From NCBI GenBank assembly GCA_013265495.1, contig MU058781.1:62001-126000 (forward strand): DNA of 64,000 nt, written 5' to 3'. The notes under the pieces were generated by a model. The model ran no database searches, was not told the origin of the DNA, and was given only the letters and a program-made list of their open reading frames with translations. Position 1 is the stretch's first letter. Each line of letters begins with the position of its first letter. The position numbers and the translations under genes are program-made. Below, in pieces: positions 50,625-62,105 of the stretch. The stretch is from Vicugna vicugna (lineage: Eukaryota).

Positions 50625-52884
50625 GCTATTATCAGGCACAAGGATACCACAATTGATCAAGACCTATCTTAATTGACAGATATCATGTGAGAATCCAGAA
50701 TATATAGCTGTACATAAAAAATGAACGATCTGAGTCCCTGCATAAGGTAACTTGTGAATGTTTGACTCTGAAGAGATGCAATTCCCTTTGAATAAGAAAA
50801 ACTTCCCTACAAATTATGGAGAGACTTTTCTTCTTTTCAGGGAAAACAAACCAACTTGTAAATAGATTTTCAAGCAGGAGGCTGTTTCTTTGACAGTGAC
50901 CTTCTCACTTCCCTTGTTTGTACCGAGTGCTTCTTTCTCCTAAACATCCTTGATGAGGGGAACTTGACACAATTAGTGGATTACAGCTCGTGGCTGAGGT
51001 ATCTGGAGAGCTGAGGTGGCCAGCTTTGAACTCCTTTATTATTGTGAAGTTGAAAGAAATGGCTTTGCTCCTACCAGTAGGGTCTTCTGCCAAATTTAAC
51101 CTGTACATTTCTAAATCACTTACATATTTTAAAGGATTAAAATTAAAGATGAGATTAAAAACTTTCCTCTTGGCTTCAAAGGAAGACCCAAAACCTCCAC
51201 GTAGCCTAACTGACAACCTCCTTTGCTGTTTGGAGCCGGGGAGGGGAAGAAAAAAACAGAAAAGACTTGCTTGAATTATTTCTTCAGTTCTTAACCTCTT
51301 GTTTTCCAGCCGGTGTTGCTCTGGAGTAAACACTAGAATGTTGAGATAAATTGTGATGTTTACCTTGGCTTTACTTTAACCTAAAGTGACATGTAAGACA
51401 TCAGTATGGAGTTCGTTTCTGAACTTGGCTCTGACTCCAGTCCTTAGGAAGGAGGTTAACTCGACGTGTTGTGGCAGCCTTGATGTTGTTGCCATAACAG
51501 TAACTTTCCCCTAATAAATTTTTCTCTCTGGAGATTTCAACACTTCAAAAGATAATACAACATACCTTTTGCAAATCAGAGGATAAGGTTTCATGTGGGC
51601 AGTGGCAGCCAATGATTACTTCTGAACCCCAACGTGTAATTACGGAGGCAAGACGAGGAAACTTCCAGCATGCCTGCTGGTGGCAGAACTGAACACGGGG
51701 AGAGATGTCAGGTCGGGGTTGAGGTTCAAAGCTAGGGGCTGGTTTCCAGCTCAGCAGCTGCTGTAGTTGCACAGTTCTGTACATTAGAACCGTTTATCTC
51801 CTGCCAACTGTGGTAATTAATTTTGTCTTCAGTCAGTGGGGGGAGGATTGATCTTCTCTTTCTGAAAAAGTTTCTCACGCAAATGTTTTCCAGTGTTGAA
51901 ATGCCGATGGCTTTTCTCCTGTTTTCCGGTATTTACTGGCCTCTGAGTTCACTGCGCTCTGAATCCGTGACTAATGCAAGTCAGAACCAGGTTTATTGAT
52001 GACGTCCATTTTCCTGCTTAGGGATCAAAGGTTTGCAGAGTACACACTGATCAGGGCTCCCAAATTATCTCTAAGCCTATCTGCATGTACTGTAAGAAGT
52101 GTGCACCTACGCAGATGAGGATCTGTTAGTTGCAAGAAATGCAGTCTTTTGCAGGTTTACATTTTCTTTTTAAAAATGTCTCATAAACTTATATTCCGTA
52201 TGCTCAGCAAAGTCCTTTGACCCAAATGCATCCCAATGGCCGTTCTGGAGTTAAATTAGTATTAAAAATAGGCTTGTCACTGGGCAGCTTTGTCTGATAA
52301 TTTCTAGAAAACTTGGGTCTTACTTTCAAACATTCTATCCCCCAAAGTTCTTTGCTTGGGCTTAATATGAGAGCCTTTTGAGGTAATTAATCTCCAAAGT
52401 GTGGAGGTGTTATCATTTAAAAAACAGAGAGCGGGCAGTTTTAAAGGGTATGAGGAAATGTCTATGACTGAATCATAATCTGTATTTTGGTTTTTACAGA
52501 ACATCACTCAAATTAAAGACAGTGTATAATTTCCGTTTGATTTATTTCTCGTCTTCAAAGTCTTTGAACTGTAGCCATAAAGGATCATCATGGTTAAGCA
52601 ACACTGAAATTCACCAGTGAATTTATCCCAAGAAATTAGATGAACCAAACAATATTGATATTGAGCAAAATGCGATCGGGCATGAGGATGAAAGGAAAAT
52701 TTGGCAGAGTTGGGGATGGGAGTATAGTGATGGGAAGGTAAAACTGAGCAACAGTTTAATTTTGCATTTTTTTCACCTAAAAATTAAAATTGTAGTTTGT
52801 TTCCACGGATCTTTCTATCCAGTTTAGTGCTGAGGTTTTAAACCTTGAAAGGGTTTTAAATGTGATCATTCTGAAGCCTTCATT

Positions 52885-52968
52885 TCTCTGGCCTTAATGT
52901 GGATGTGCATCTCCTGGAGATTTCGGTAAAGTGCAGATTCTAATTTAAGAGGTTGGGGCTGAGACCTG
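52885..52968. mobile_element. MER5A-like hAT-Charlie fragment
   Basis: CATCTCCTGGAGATTTCGGTAAAGTGCAGATTCTAATTTAAGAGGTTGGGGCTGAGACCTG. Confidence 0.5.
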
Positions 52969-53837
52969 GTAGTAGACCTTCCATGGTACCAAAGATCTAG
53001 TTCACCCTCCACCTCTCCATCTTTTCACACATGAGCAAGGTTAGGGCTAGAGATACTGAGTTTCCCAAGGCCGCACAGCTACTTAATGACAAAGTTGGGA
53101 GGAGATCAGAGCTCATCCCCCAGCCCAGAATTTTCTACATGGAGCCAGAGTTTTCCAGTCTTATTCTGTTGGCAAAAAAGCCATGAAAATCATGGTGCTC
53201 TTTGCAGAATACCCTTAAACACTCACATATTCAATTAATATTATACAACTCTGTGCTAAGTCAGATAGCATCTCAGAATGCATTCTAGCAGTAGAAGTCC
53301 ATTAATTCAGTTTCATCCTTGACCGAGTTGGTCAGCTCAAGAGTAAAATCCTGATTTTATGCATCCTGAAAGTTACATGACTTGATGAGTTTTCTTTAAG
53401 AAAAAATATCTAAAATCACAAATACAAATTAATGTGAAAGTTAGTATTTATTGGGAGCGGGAGAAGATATCTCAGCAAGTAATGGAATCATTGAAGATTA
53501 CTGCCTCTGTCTTTTGAAATCACTGTGGGTAATTTACCAGAAATCTTTATGAAGAGTGGTTCCCACTGGCAGCTGAGCACTCACTCCAGGTGCCTACACC
53601 AGCCTGTGCCAGTGAGTGGTCCTGGGCTTAATCTTCATCCCCTTCACTGTAAAGCTGCCTCTGGTCCGAGACAAAGTTTGAGAACCAATGCTGTCTCCAT
53701 AAAGCGGGCTCTCTTTATGCTCTTGGTGCCCTGGGTACAGTTCTAAAGGGTCCGTCCCTAAGACCCATCCCAACCCATTCATAGAGCAAAGAATCAGTGT
53801 GCTGGTCCTCCCCGAGATTAGATCCCTTGAGATTCTT

Positions 53838-54029
53838 TTTTTTTTTCCTATGTTTAAACATTGTGTGTGTGTGTGTGTGTGTGTGTGTTTATGGTGGGCA
53901 GAGAAGGGGAGTTGCAATTTTATTTAAAATTTTTTTTCCTTTTTCTTTTTTTAAATGGAGTTACTGGGGATTGAACCCAGGACCTCATGCATGCTGAGCA
54001 TGTGCTCTACCCCTGAGCGTGCCCCTCCC
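53838..54029 (-). mobile_element. tRNA-derived SINE, camelid Vic-1 type, with perfect 14-bp TSD and internal (TG)13
   Basis: Head GGAGTTACTGGGGATTGAACCCAGGACCTC...; direct repeats CCCTTGAGATTCTT at 53824-53837 and 54030-54043; (TG)13 at 53862-53887 in the tail. Confidence 0.9.
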
Positions 54030-55487
54030 CCCTTGAGATTCTTACCCAGACAAATTCTGCTGTTAGAATAATAAAGGGTATTGTGTTAATGCTCACTCAG
54101 TTTCACTACCTACTGAGAAGGTAGAAAGAGAAGCCACTGCAAAAACTAGGGGGGTAAAAGAAAGTCAAACAGCTCTGAGCAAATGCCCCAGCTTTGGAAC
54201 TTTCTCTCATTTGAGCTCTACCATTTCCACTGTATTTTTTCTTTTTTTTATCATCACCTAGATTAGCCCAATTATGACCCAGCTTTTGCTCCTTTGCTAA
54301 CTATTCAACACTTTAGGCCAGCAGGATATTAAGAAAAGTCACCGAAACTGTAGAGTTGAACCATAAAGTGTATAAGCAAAATGATGTTAAAACAGTATGT
54401 ATGTGCCACAGTGCTTCTGAATCGCCTTAGATTGCTCGTCTAAATTTAAAACTATTTTACATTTACTTTTTAAAATATGCAAAAACTCTGTTTCAGAAGA
54501 TACTTGCTCCATTTTGTCTTCATATGCTAGATGATCCTTCTTGTACTGCAGTATGCATAGTTTCAGCCCAGCAAATATGATTAGGCTAAAATTATCACAG
54601 AGACTGACGGACACTCAAAACTGTCCGAGAGACAAAGTTAAGAACATCACACATTTCTCTGGTGTTGACGTTACATGATGACTCATAAGAACACATTTTA
54701 AGTCGTTAATCTTGTCTGTCTGTGTTTATTTACCTGGAATATGTAGTTTTGCTATATCCAGTGTTTATGCTAGCTATGGCAATGCTATTTCACATACATC
54801 TAAAATTGATTTACAGAACAGGATGATTTATTTAAACTCGACAAACACCCACATTAATTTATACTCTGGAAACCAGCTTTGATTTTCTTTTTTGTGGCCA
54901 ACTTGGGAAAAAAAATCTGGTGAAATCATTTAGTTTCGGAGTTTGCCTTATGAGTGATTTTTCTCTGGGAAAAGATTGGGGGACCTTCTGCTAAATTGGG
55001 GATCTGGGCAACCAAGCGTCTCTAGGAGGAACAAAGGAAAAGAACAGAGGGGCTAATTGTTTAATTAGTAAATGTCTGCTTGGTTAATGACATATTAATG
55101 AGTTTTTAAGACCGTCATATCATTTACCATAAAAGACCCATGTGCCTATCCCTGGATGTACTGTATAATTAAGTAATGTGGCCCAGAGGAGTTAATCATT
55201 TAAAACCCTGTCATCTTTCTCAAGTTTGCAGATAGAAATCCAGCACAGAAGGCACCTGCCAGGTAGAGTCAGGGTGGCACATAATTCTGAACTAAATTGT
55301 CTCTCTGCAACGGTTACACAGATGCAACGGTTAGTCAGATGTCTGCCCAGAAGCAGAATTTTTTTTTCTTTTGACAACTGAGAGAGCCGCTGAGACTGCC
55401 GTTTGCTGTTGGCCTTGAGTTATTGGCTCTAAGAATATGAGTTTGTAGGATTGGAGGGCCATTGGAGCTCAGAGGACTCTAGAATCC

Positions 55488-55707
55488 TAGAATTGTGTCA
55501 TGTAGTATGGTAGCCATTTGCCACATGTAGCTATTTAAATTTCAGTTAATCAAAATTAAATAAAACCAGACATTGATTTTCTAAGTTGCACTAACCACAC
55601 ATCAAGGGCTCCAGCAGCCGCATGTGGCTGGCTAGTAGTGGCTGCTCGCCGGGCAGCACAGAGGCAGAGCGCCTCCACCACCACCAAGAGCCCTCCTGGA
55701 CTGTGCG
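55488..55707 (-). mobile_element. MER3-type hAT-Charlie MITE
   Basis: TATGGTAGCCATTTGCCACATGTAGCTATTTAAATT...AAAATTAAATAAAA...GCACTAACCACAC...CATGTGGCT matches MER3 (recalled consensus). Confidence 0.75.
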
Positions 55708-56199
55708 GGTTGGCGCCGTCAGGACCGCAGTAAACAGCGTTCAACCCGTTTCCACGTCCACCTCTGAAGAGCTGAGGAGAGAACGCTTTCTTCAAACTCG
55801 GGGAGCTCGGCCCAGTCTCACATAACTGGTTCCCATTCTTCTTCACAGGCAGGCCCCGCCCCCAGACGCCTGCAGCCATTTGTTTAGACGAGAAAGTGAG
55901 CTTTACCTGACCGCACAGCACGTGATTTGGGGGATATAAATCGTGCTCCTGTTGGTAGATTAGAGCCCTCAGTCACGCAGTCAGCGTGGTGGGATTTTCA
56001 AGCCCAGCGCCTGGTTCTAACCTGCTTCCCCGGGACCGTCTAGATCTGCTCCTCTCAGACCAGCGCAGCCGCGCGGGCGTCAGAAGCAGCTGTCCCACGG
56101 CCCCTGCGGAGTTTGCCCTGGGGGTTAAACTCTGTGTCCAGAAACGGTTGAATGTCTTAGTTTTCTTGGACTTTCAATATAAGTGAATTGTCCAAATGG

Positions 56200-56383
56200 T
56201 TTATTTTATTTTATTTTATTTTTACTAATTAATTACTTAATTTTTTGGTTTGCTTCGTTTTGGGGGGGAAGTAATTAGGTTTATTTATTTACTTATTTAT
56301 TTTTGATGGAGCTACTGGGGATTGAACCCAGGACCTCGTGCATGCTAAGTCCATGCTCTACCACTGATCTATATCTTCTCCCC
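56200..56383 (-). mobile_element. tRNA-derived SINE, camelid Vic-1 type
   Basis: GGGGGGGAAGTAATTAGGTTTATTTATTT...GGAGCTACTGGGGATTGAACCCAGGACCTCGTGCATGCTAAG...CTCTACCACTGA. Confidence 0.9.
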
Positions 56384-57123
56384 ACAGAATGTTTTATTTT
56401 GAATTGTTTAAGTATCATTCCCTTTTCCTAAGACTATGCCGTACAGTCTGCTTTTCATTAGTATCTCCTGGTATCAGCCCCCTTTTCTCTCTCCTTGACC
56501 CCTATTATGCTACACAGATGATCTATTTTGGGGTCATTATAAATTTAATATCCTACAAACTATGATTATATTTGTAAACAAGTGCTACCCTCTACAATTG
56601 CGCATGCGCTCCAGCGCATCCTTAGAGTCAAAATGCTTGAGACCCTCTTCCTGTTTTGCTGGTGAAAGCAAGAAAAATCTACTTGCCTTCAAGATTCCTG
56701 CTGCAGCCTCCATCCCCTGCATTACATGTCTTTTGCTAGAGCTGTGTAACACTGGTACTACTGCCCATGACTCTCCCATCACCCCGACACAGAGGCTTCA
56801 AACAACTCTGCCTTGGAGTACCACACAGCCTCCCAAGTTCTGACAACTCAGGGAAGCTTCTCACTTCTAGTGACCCAACACTTCCTTTGTGCCATTTGCA
56901 CTGGAAGGACATTGGTCAATTCAGGTTTTAAAAATGTTTTTTTTTGAGGTCAGTTCAATTTCAAGAATATAGCTCTAGAAGGCAGACTACACAGTGTGAA
57001 CCTATGTAGCTCTACGGCTAAATGCACATCTATCCTTCTAGCTTGGAGAAATTTTGCAGGAAGTATTGTCTGAGCATCAAAAATGTTGCTGTGAAATCCA
57101 TGTTTTATGTTTTCCTCTTTGTA

Positions 57124-57570
57124 TGTCAGGTGGAGTAGATTGGATCATTGCTCACAAGCACTCACTCTCTCCCCACTTCATCTGTGGGGGGAGTTTAGTT
57201 TCTCTCCCGTTGGCCCTGTGGCTTGTTCTGTCTCATGGTGGAGAGGGTGTTCTTCCCCACCCCCTAATTTGGGTGTGTTTTACTCTGGTCAGATGGATGT
57301 TATCAGTTGTAATTCGAGCAGAAGCATAAACTGGGCTTGCCAAATTGGACTTGCCGTCTTATTCGCCTACGTCTCATGATGGCAAGCATATGCTCTGAGT
57401 AGCTATTCGAAGAAGACGAGAGAGACACAGACTAAGCCGACCCAACCTGAAGCTTAGATGCAAAAACCCAACTGAGGCCAGCCTCAGTCAGGAGAACGCC
57501 AACCAGCCTGCAGATGTGTGAGCAAGAAATATATGCTTATCTTTTCCGCTCCTGAGATTTTGATCTGTCA
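57124..57570 (+). mobile_element. MaLR LTR (MLT1G/H-like)
   Basis: GCAGAAGCATAAACTGGGCTTGCC...GCCAGCCTCAGTCAGGAG...CAGCCTGCAGATGTGTGAGCAAGAAATATATGCTTAT. Confidence 0.65.
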
Positions 57571-57919
57571 AGAGTTGAGGCATCAACCAGACCCCTCCTT
57601 TTACTTATTAGCAGGGCAGTGTTGGTGGTGTGTGAAACAGTCACACGGCAACTGTGGGGCAGTTTTGGCACAAGCATCTGGTCATTCTGACTTTATTCTT
57701 TAATGCCAATGAGACACTTGAAGCCAGAACGGGGCAAGTATTTACCTACTCAGTCCTGTCTTTGTACACTGACTGTGGTCGAGAAGGAAAAGAAGACAGT
57801 CTTGAGTCATGACTGAAATGCAGAGGTAGGCGAAGGCCTTAGTTCTTGTAGTGCGCGTAGGTGCTAATAAGGTTGTAGTAGTCATTAGAGAAGTGTTAAT
57901 ATTTTACTTTTTCTCTTTC

Positions 57920-58236
57920 CAGGTCCATGGCCTGTTTGAACATCCATACTCATCTCGAAGTTACCCTTGACCAGTTACTTGGTTTGCACAGTAAGTTGTG
58001 AACACGTGTAACATATGTTATGTGTCCCTTTTGGGCAGACGCTCTGAGGACTAGTGTCCAATTTACCTTCCTATTCCCCTTGTCATTGTAACCCGCCACT
58101 TTCCACATGGTGGAGGATGATGCTTTGGAGCCAAGTTCCGAGCTGATGGGTATGAGCGTGAAATGGAATTATACATTTACAGTTGTTTATTCTTTGTTGT
58201 TGTTAATGCACCGTAACCTAACCTATCCTGACTTAC
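57920..58236 (+). mobile_element. Old MaLR LTR fragment (MLT1-type)
   Basis: GGGCAGACGCTCTGAGGACTAGTGTCCAATTTACC...TTGTTAATGCACCGTAACCTAACCTATCCTGACTTACA, MLT1-type 3' end. Confidence 0.55.
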
Positions 58237-58239
58237 AAT

Positions 58240-58810
58240 TCCTTATCTTCAAGATGATTGAAATAGAGTAAAGGAGATTAGACAGATTACTATCCAAAGC
58301 AATATGAGAATAACACCATATACATAGTTCAGAATAAATTTTATCTGAATGCTGAAGAAGAGAAATTGCTTCTGACCAAGGTGATCAGGAAAGACATAAT
58401 CAAAGATGAGTAAGTTGAGCAGTCATTTGAATATGATGAGATCTGGGTAGACAAATGGTGGTGGAAGGCATTCAAGAGAGATGAAATGGAATTGGAGTTG
58501 GAGAGCCCAAGGGGTGTTTCAGAAACGGAGAGCAGACAAATGGGCTGGCATGCAGGCCTTTTAAAGCAGGGTCACTGCACAGAGCTGAGCAGGCTTTTGG
58601 TGCAGAATCTTATGCAGTGGCCTTGACTATAAGGGCCAATGTAGAAAAGACCAGAGAAGTAGGCCAAGGCAAAGGATGAAGATCTTTGCATGACAAAGAA
58701 ATCTGACCTGTTTTCTGCAGGCAATGAGAGTCATCAGTGTTTCTCGAGTAGGGAAGGTATCAGATCAAAGACATGTTGTGAGAGTGTTTTAGCACGGTCT
58801 ACATGATGAA
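58240..58810 (-). mobile_element. L2 fragment
   Basis: GATCAGGAAAGAC...GGAAGGCATTCAAGAGAGA...TTCTGCAGGCAATGAGAGTCATCAG antisense L2 phrases. Confidence 0.55.
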
Positions 58811-58984
58811 CAAGAAAAAAAAAAAGAATTTCTGGAACTTTCTCTCTCCCTTGCTTTAGCTAGAAGGTCCCCTGTAACAATTGGAGGTGAGATGGTAAGG
58901 GCCTGAAACAAGACTGAGGAGATGTGAATACAAAAATGAACAGCCACTTCCAGAGGGAAACGAGCATCGCATGGCTGTCAGCGT

Positions 58985-59160
58985 ACAGGCTGTACCACTA
59001 ACGGGCTCTGTTATCTTGGGCAAGTCTCTCCTAACCACTGAGCCTCAGAGTCCTTATATGCAAAGTGGTAATAACACCAGCACACATTGCACAGACTTCT
59101 CCAAGTGAGTATATAAGAAAATACATCCATCTCAGTGCCTGTTCAGCCCAGATATTAAGT
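58985..59160 (+). mobile_element. MIR SINE
   Basis: CTGTTATCTTGGGCAAGTCTCTCCTAACCACTGAGCCTCAGAGTCCTTATATGCAAAGTGG core. Confidence 0.7.
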
Positions 59161-60299
59161 CTCCAGTAACTGGAAGGTACTGTTATTTAAAATAATGATC
59201 ATTTTGATTTCTTCCAAGGAGTATTACGCAATTTTTTTTTCTATTAAGCATTCAATTTGCTGTTTCTATGTAATACTTCTTCAGGAGAGGAAAAAAAAAA
59301 GACTTCCTCAAAATGTTATGCTATCAAAATAAAAATGAAAAAAAAAAACCCCACACTTTTCTGTTATTTCAGTATCACTCGTCCATTAGACCAGAAACAC
59401 CAAGTAAGCATGACCATCAAGGCAGTTCTTTGTGCGGTTGATAATTCCTTTTAAGGCCCCAAGGGAGGTTGCTAAGGAAGAATACTGAATAGGAAAGCAA
59501 ACAAGATTAGGTCAGCACCCAGTCTTCCTTTGGGGGGATTCACAGAACTGTTTTTGTTTGAATAAGCAAAGCTTTTGTAAAAGTTTGGCATCTTTCTTAC
59601 TGAATCTGAAGTTGTTTCCTTATCCTTTGGCTAATATTTTACAAGGTAAAGCAAATATTAAAAAAAAAAATAAGGTAAAATGCCACTTTAAAGAAAAAGT
59701 GGAAAAGTTGGTTTTCAAAAGCTTGAGAAAGTCAGTAAAAATGCCAGAGCCAACTTGAGCTGGATGAACTGAAAATCGGTGGCTTTTAGCAATATCTATG
59801 TGGCCCGTCTCTGCCAGGACCTGTCCTGGGCACTTAAGACACTCACTTCATCATAATTAGGAAGGAAGTTGATATTCCATTTTACAAGTGAGGAAGGAAC
59901 AATTCAATAAGTTAAAAAAAAGCTGAAGTAAAAGTGTGATTTTTCTCATTCGTTAAACACAGATTTATGAGCCCTAACTTTTTGGCAGATGCTGTTCAAA
60001 GCACTAGGAGATAACCGCAACCAACACTCAGGTCCTGATGTCCAGCAGCTCCAGGTTTAGTAGGCGGGAAAAACAAGTAAATGAGGAAATAGTGTGGGGA
60101 GGGCTGCAAGAGCCAGGCTCCGGGGAAAGGCCTCTTGAGTGGGTCCTCAAGGCTGAGTCCTGCTGTGTGACTGAGGGTTAGTGTCTGCTAAGGCAAGAGG
60201 GCGGGGCGTCAGCAGAAAGCTGTGTAGGTCAAGGCGGCTGGAGCACAGCTGCGGAGATGGGCGTGACCGAGACCTCGGCCACCCGGCTCCTTGCCGCAT

Positions 60300-61050
60300 T
60301 GTGGTCTCTGGACTCTTTCTTGCTGGCTTTACCAGAATCCGGCAAGTCCTTCTACCTCTATTATCTTGATCTGAGGCACTGTTATTCCTTACTGGGATCG
60401 CTGTCAAGTCTCTTGCTTGGTGTCCTCGCTTCTGCCACTACACGCCAAGTCCATTCTAACACAGCCAGAGTATCCTGTTAAAGTGTACGCAGATCAGGTC
60501 ACTCTACGTAGAACTTTCAATGTTTTCCCCTCATGTAGACAAATAAAGAGCTCAGATGGCTTTACCAAATCTGCCACCTTCCTCTACCATTCACCTGCCC
60601 ACACCATTAACTCACCCTCCATTGTTCTTCCTTCTCACTCTGGTCCAGATGAAGAGGCTTTCTTGCTATTCCTAGAGCGCACATATGTCTCTAGAACATC
60701 CTCTCACCCCAGGACCTTTGCACTTGCTAGTGTCTCTGCTTACAATGCTTTTTTCCCTGACCTCCTTAAAGTCTTTACTTAAACATCACCTTCTTGGTGA
60801 GACTTCCCCAATCCCCTTTATTCAAAGTTGTAACCCTTCCTTCTACCCATTTCAGCAATCTCCAGTTCCCGTTTATCTACTTCACCATTTGACGTGCTTA
60901 GAGTTTTTAAATTCATCTTGTTTTGTTTCTATCTCCCTCCTCTAGCGTGTAAGTTCCACAAGGGGAGGCATATTTGTCTGCTTACCACTGCATCTCCAGT
61001 GCCTGGCATAGAATGGCTCCCCACTAAACATTCTTGACTAAATAAATAAG
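60300..61050 (+). mobile_element. L2 3' region (L2a-like)
   Basis: CAGCCAGAGTATCCTGTTAAA...CAGGACCTTTGCACTTGCT...TGTAAGTTCCACAAGGGGAGG...CAGTGCCTGGCATAG...TAAACATTCTTGACTAAATAAATAA terminus. Confidence 0.8.
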
Positions 61051-61559
61051 TACATCTGGACACAACTGGAACAGTTACAAATGCCTTCTGAGATGAGCTT
61101 TCATTTCTGTACAAGTACAAGGCAAAGAAGAACCATCTGGCTCTGGGTGTCACTGTGTATGATAGGGTGAGCCTACAAGTAACCACAAGTACAGAGTGAT
61201 ACTAAATGTTGTAACCTAGGAGGCAGCAGCAGAACCCAGCAGATCAGGTCTAAAATGGACACTCTAAGAGTCAGAAATGAGAGTGAAATACTAATACTGT
61301 AATCCACATGGGTAAGAGGCTTTAGTAAGGAGAAAATACCCAGCACATGTTAGGTTCTATATTCTCGGTAGTTTCTTTGCTTCCCTTTCCTAATAGCATA
61401 TACAAGATCCATTTGCGCTCTTCTTAAAGCCTTACCAATGAAACCCATGACCCTTCTCAGCCAGGCTCTGGGGCTTAATCTTTGGTTACTATTCCAGCTT
61501 TGTAATTTACCCAAAGTGGCTTAAGAGAACCAACAGTTTATTGGCTCATTTTACTCCAA

Positions 61560-61915
61560 AGTTGGCAGTAGGACGAGACTTAACTGTAGTCTGTCCCAGG
61601 AGCTCAATAATGTCATCAGAACTCTGTTTTTTGCCACCTCACAGTTGTCTCAGATGGTCTCTCCTCATGGTGGCAAGGTGGCTGCAGCAACACAAGTCCA
61701 ACTAAGTTCAGGTCTGCCACAAAGAGCAAGTGACTTTTCCAGCAGCATTGTTAATCCTGAGAGTCACTCTTATTTGACCAGCTTGAGCAACTTACAGTCA
61801 TGGTTTGGGTCTAAGGAAAATTAATGTAGTGATTGGCTCACCCATAAGTCAGTTCTCAGATCACGTGAGCTGATGATGAATTAGAGGCCAAATAAAAATC
61901 AGTGTTTGTGCCAGA
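61560..61915 (-). mobile_element. Old MaLR LTR fragment
   Basis: TCTCCTCATGGTGGCAAGGTGGCTGCAGCA motif of antisense MLT1. Confidence 0.45.
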
Positions 61916-62105
61916 ACATCACCAGATGAGGGGTGAACTGCATACTTTCCGTTTTCTTCTAGAACTTTCTGTAGATCATTCTCTTTAGGTATCTTACCAA
62001 CCAGTTCCTAGATCTTATATGAAAACTAATAAAATGATGGCATGTATGAGGATGCATTTTGTCAATTTTACACTGTTTTTCCATATTTTAAGAATAGTAG
62101 TCATA

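Noticed and set aside
50905..51333. 142-aa minus-strand ORF
   Set aside because: Non-ATG start, no recognisable domain, no clear exon boundaries.
192..61186. The many 60-170 aa ORFs in the supplied track
   Set aside because: None resembles a protein family I recognise. Many start at non-ATG codons or run through microsatellites and old repeats, as expected by chance in mammalian non-coding DNA.
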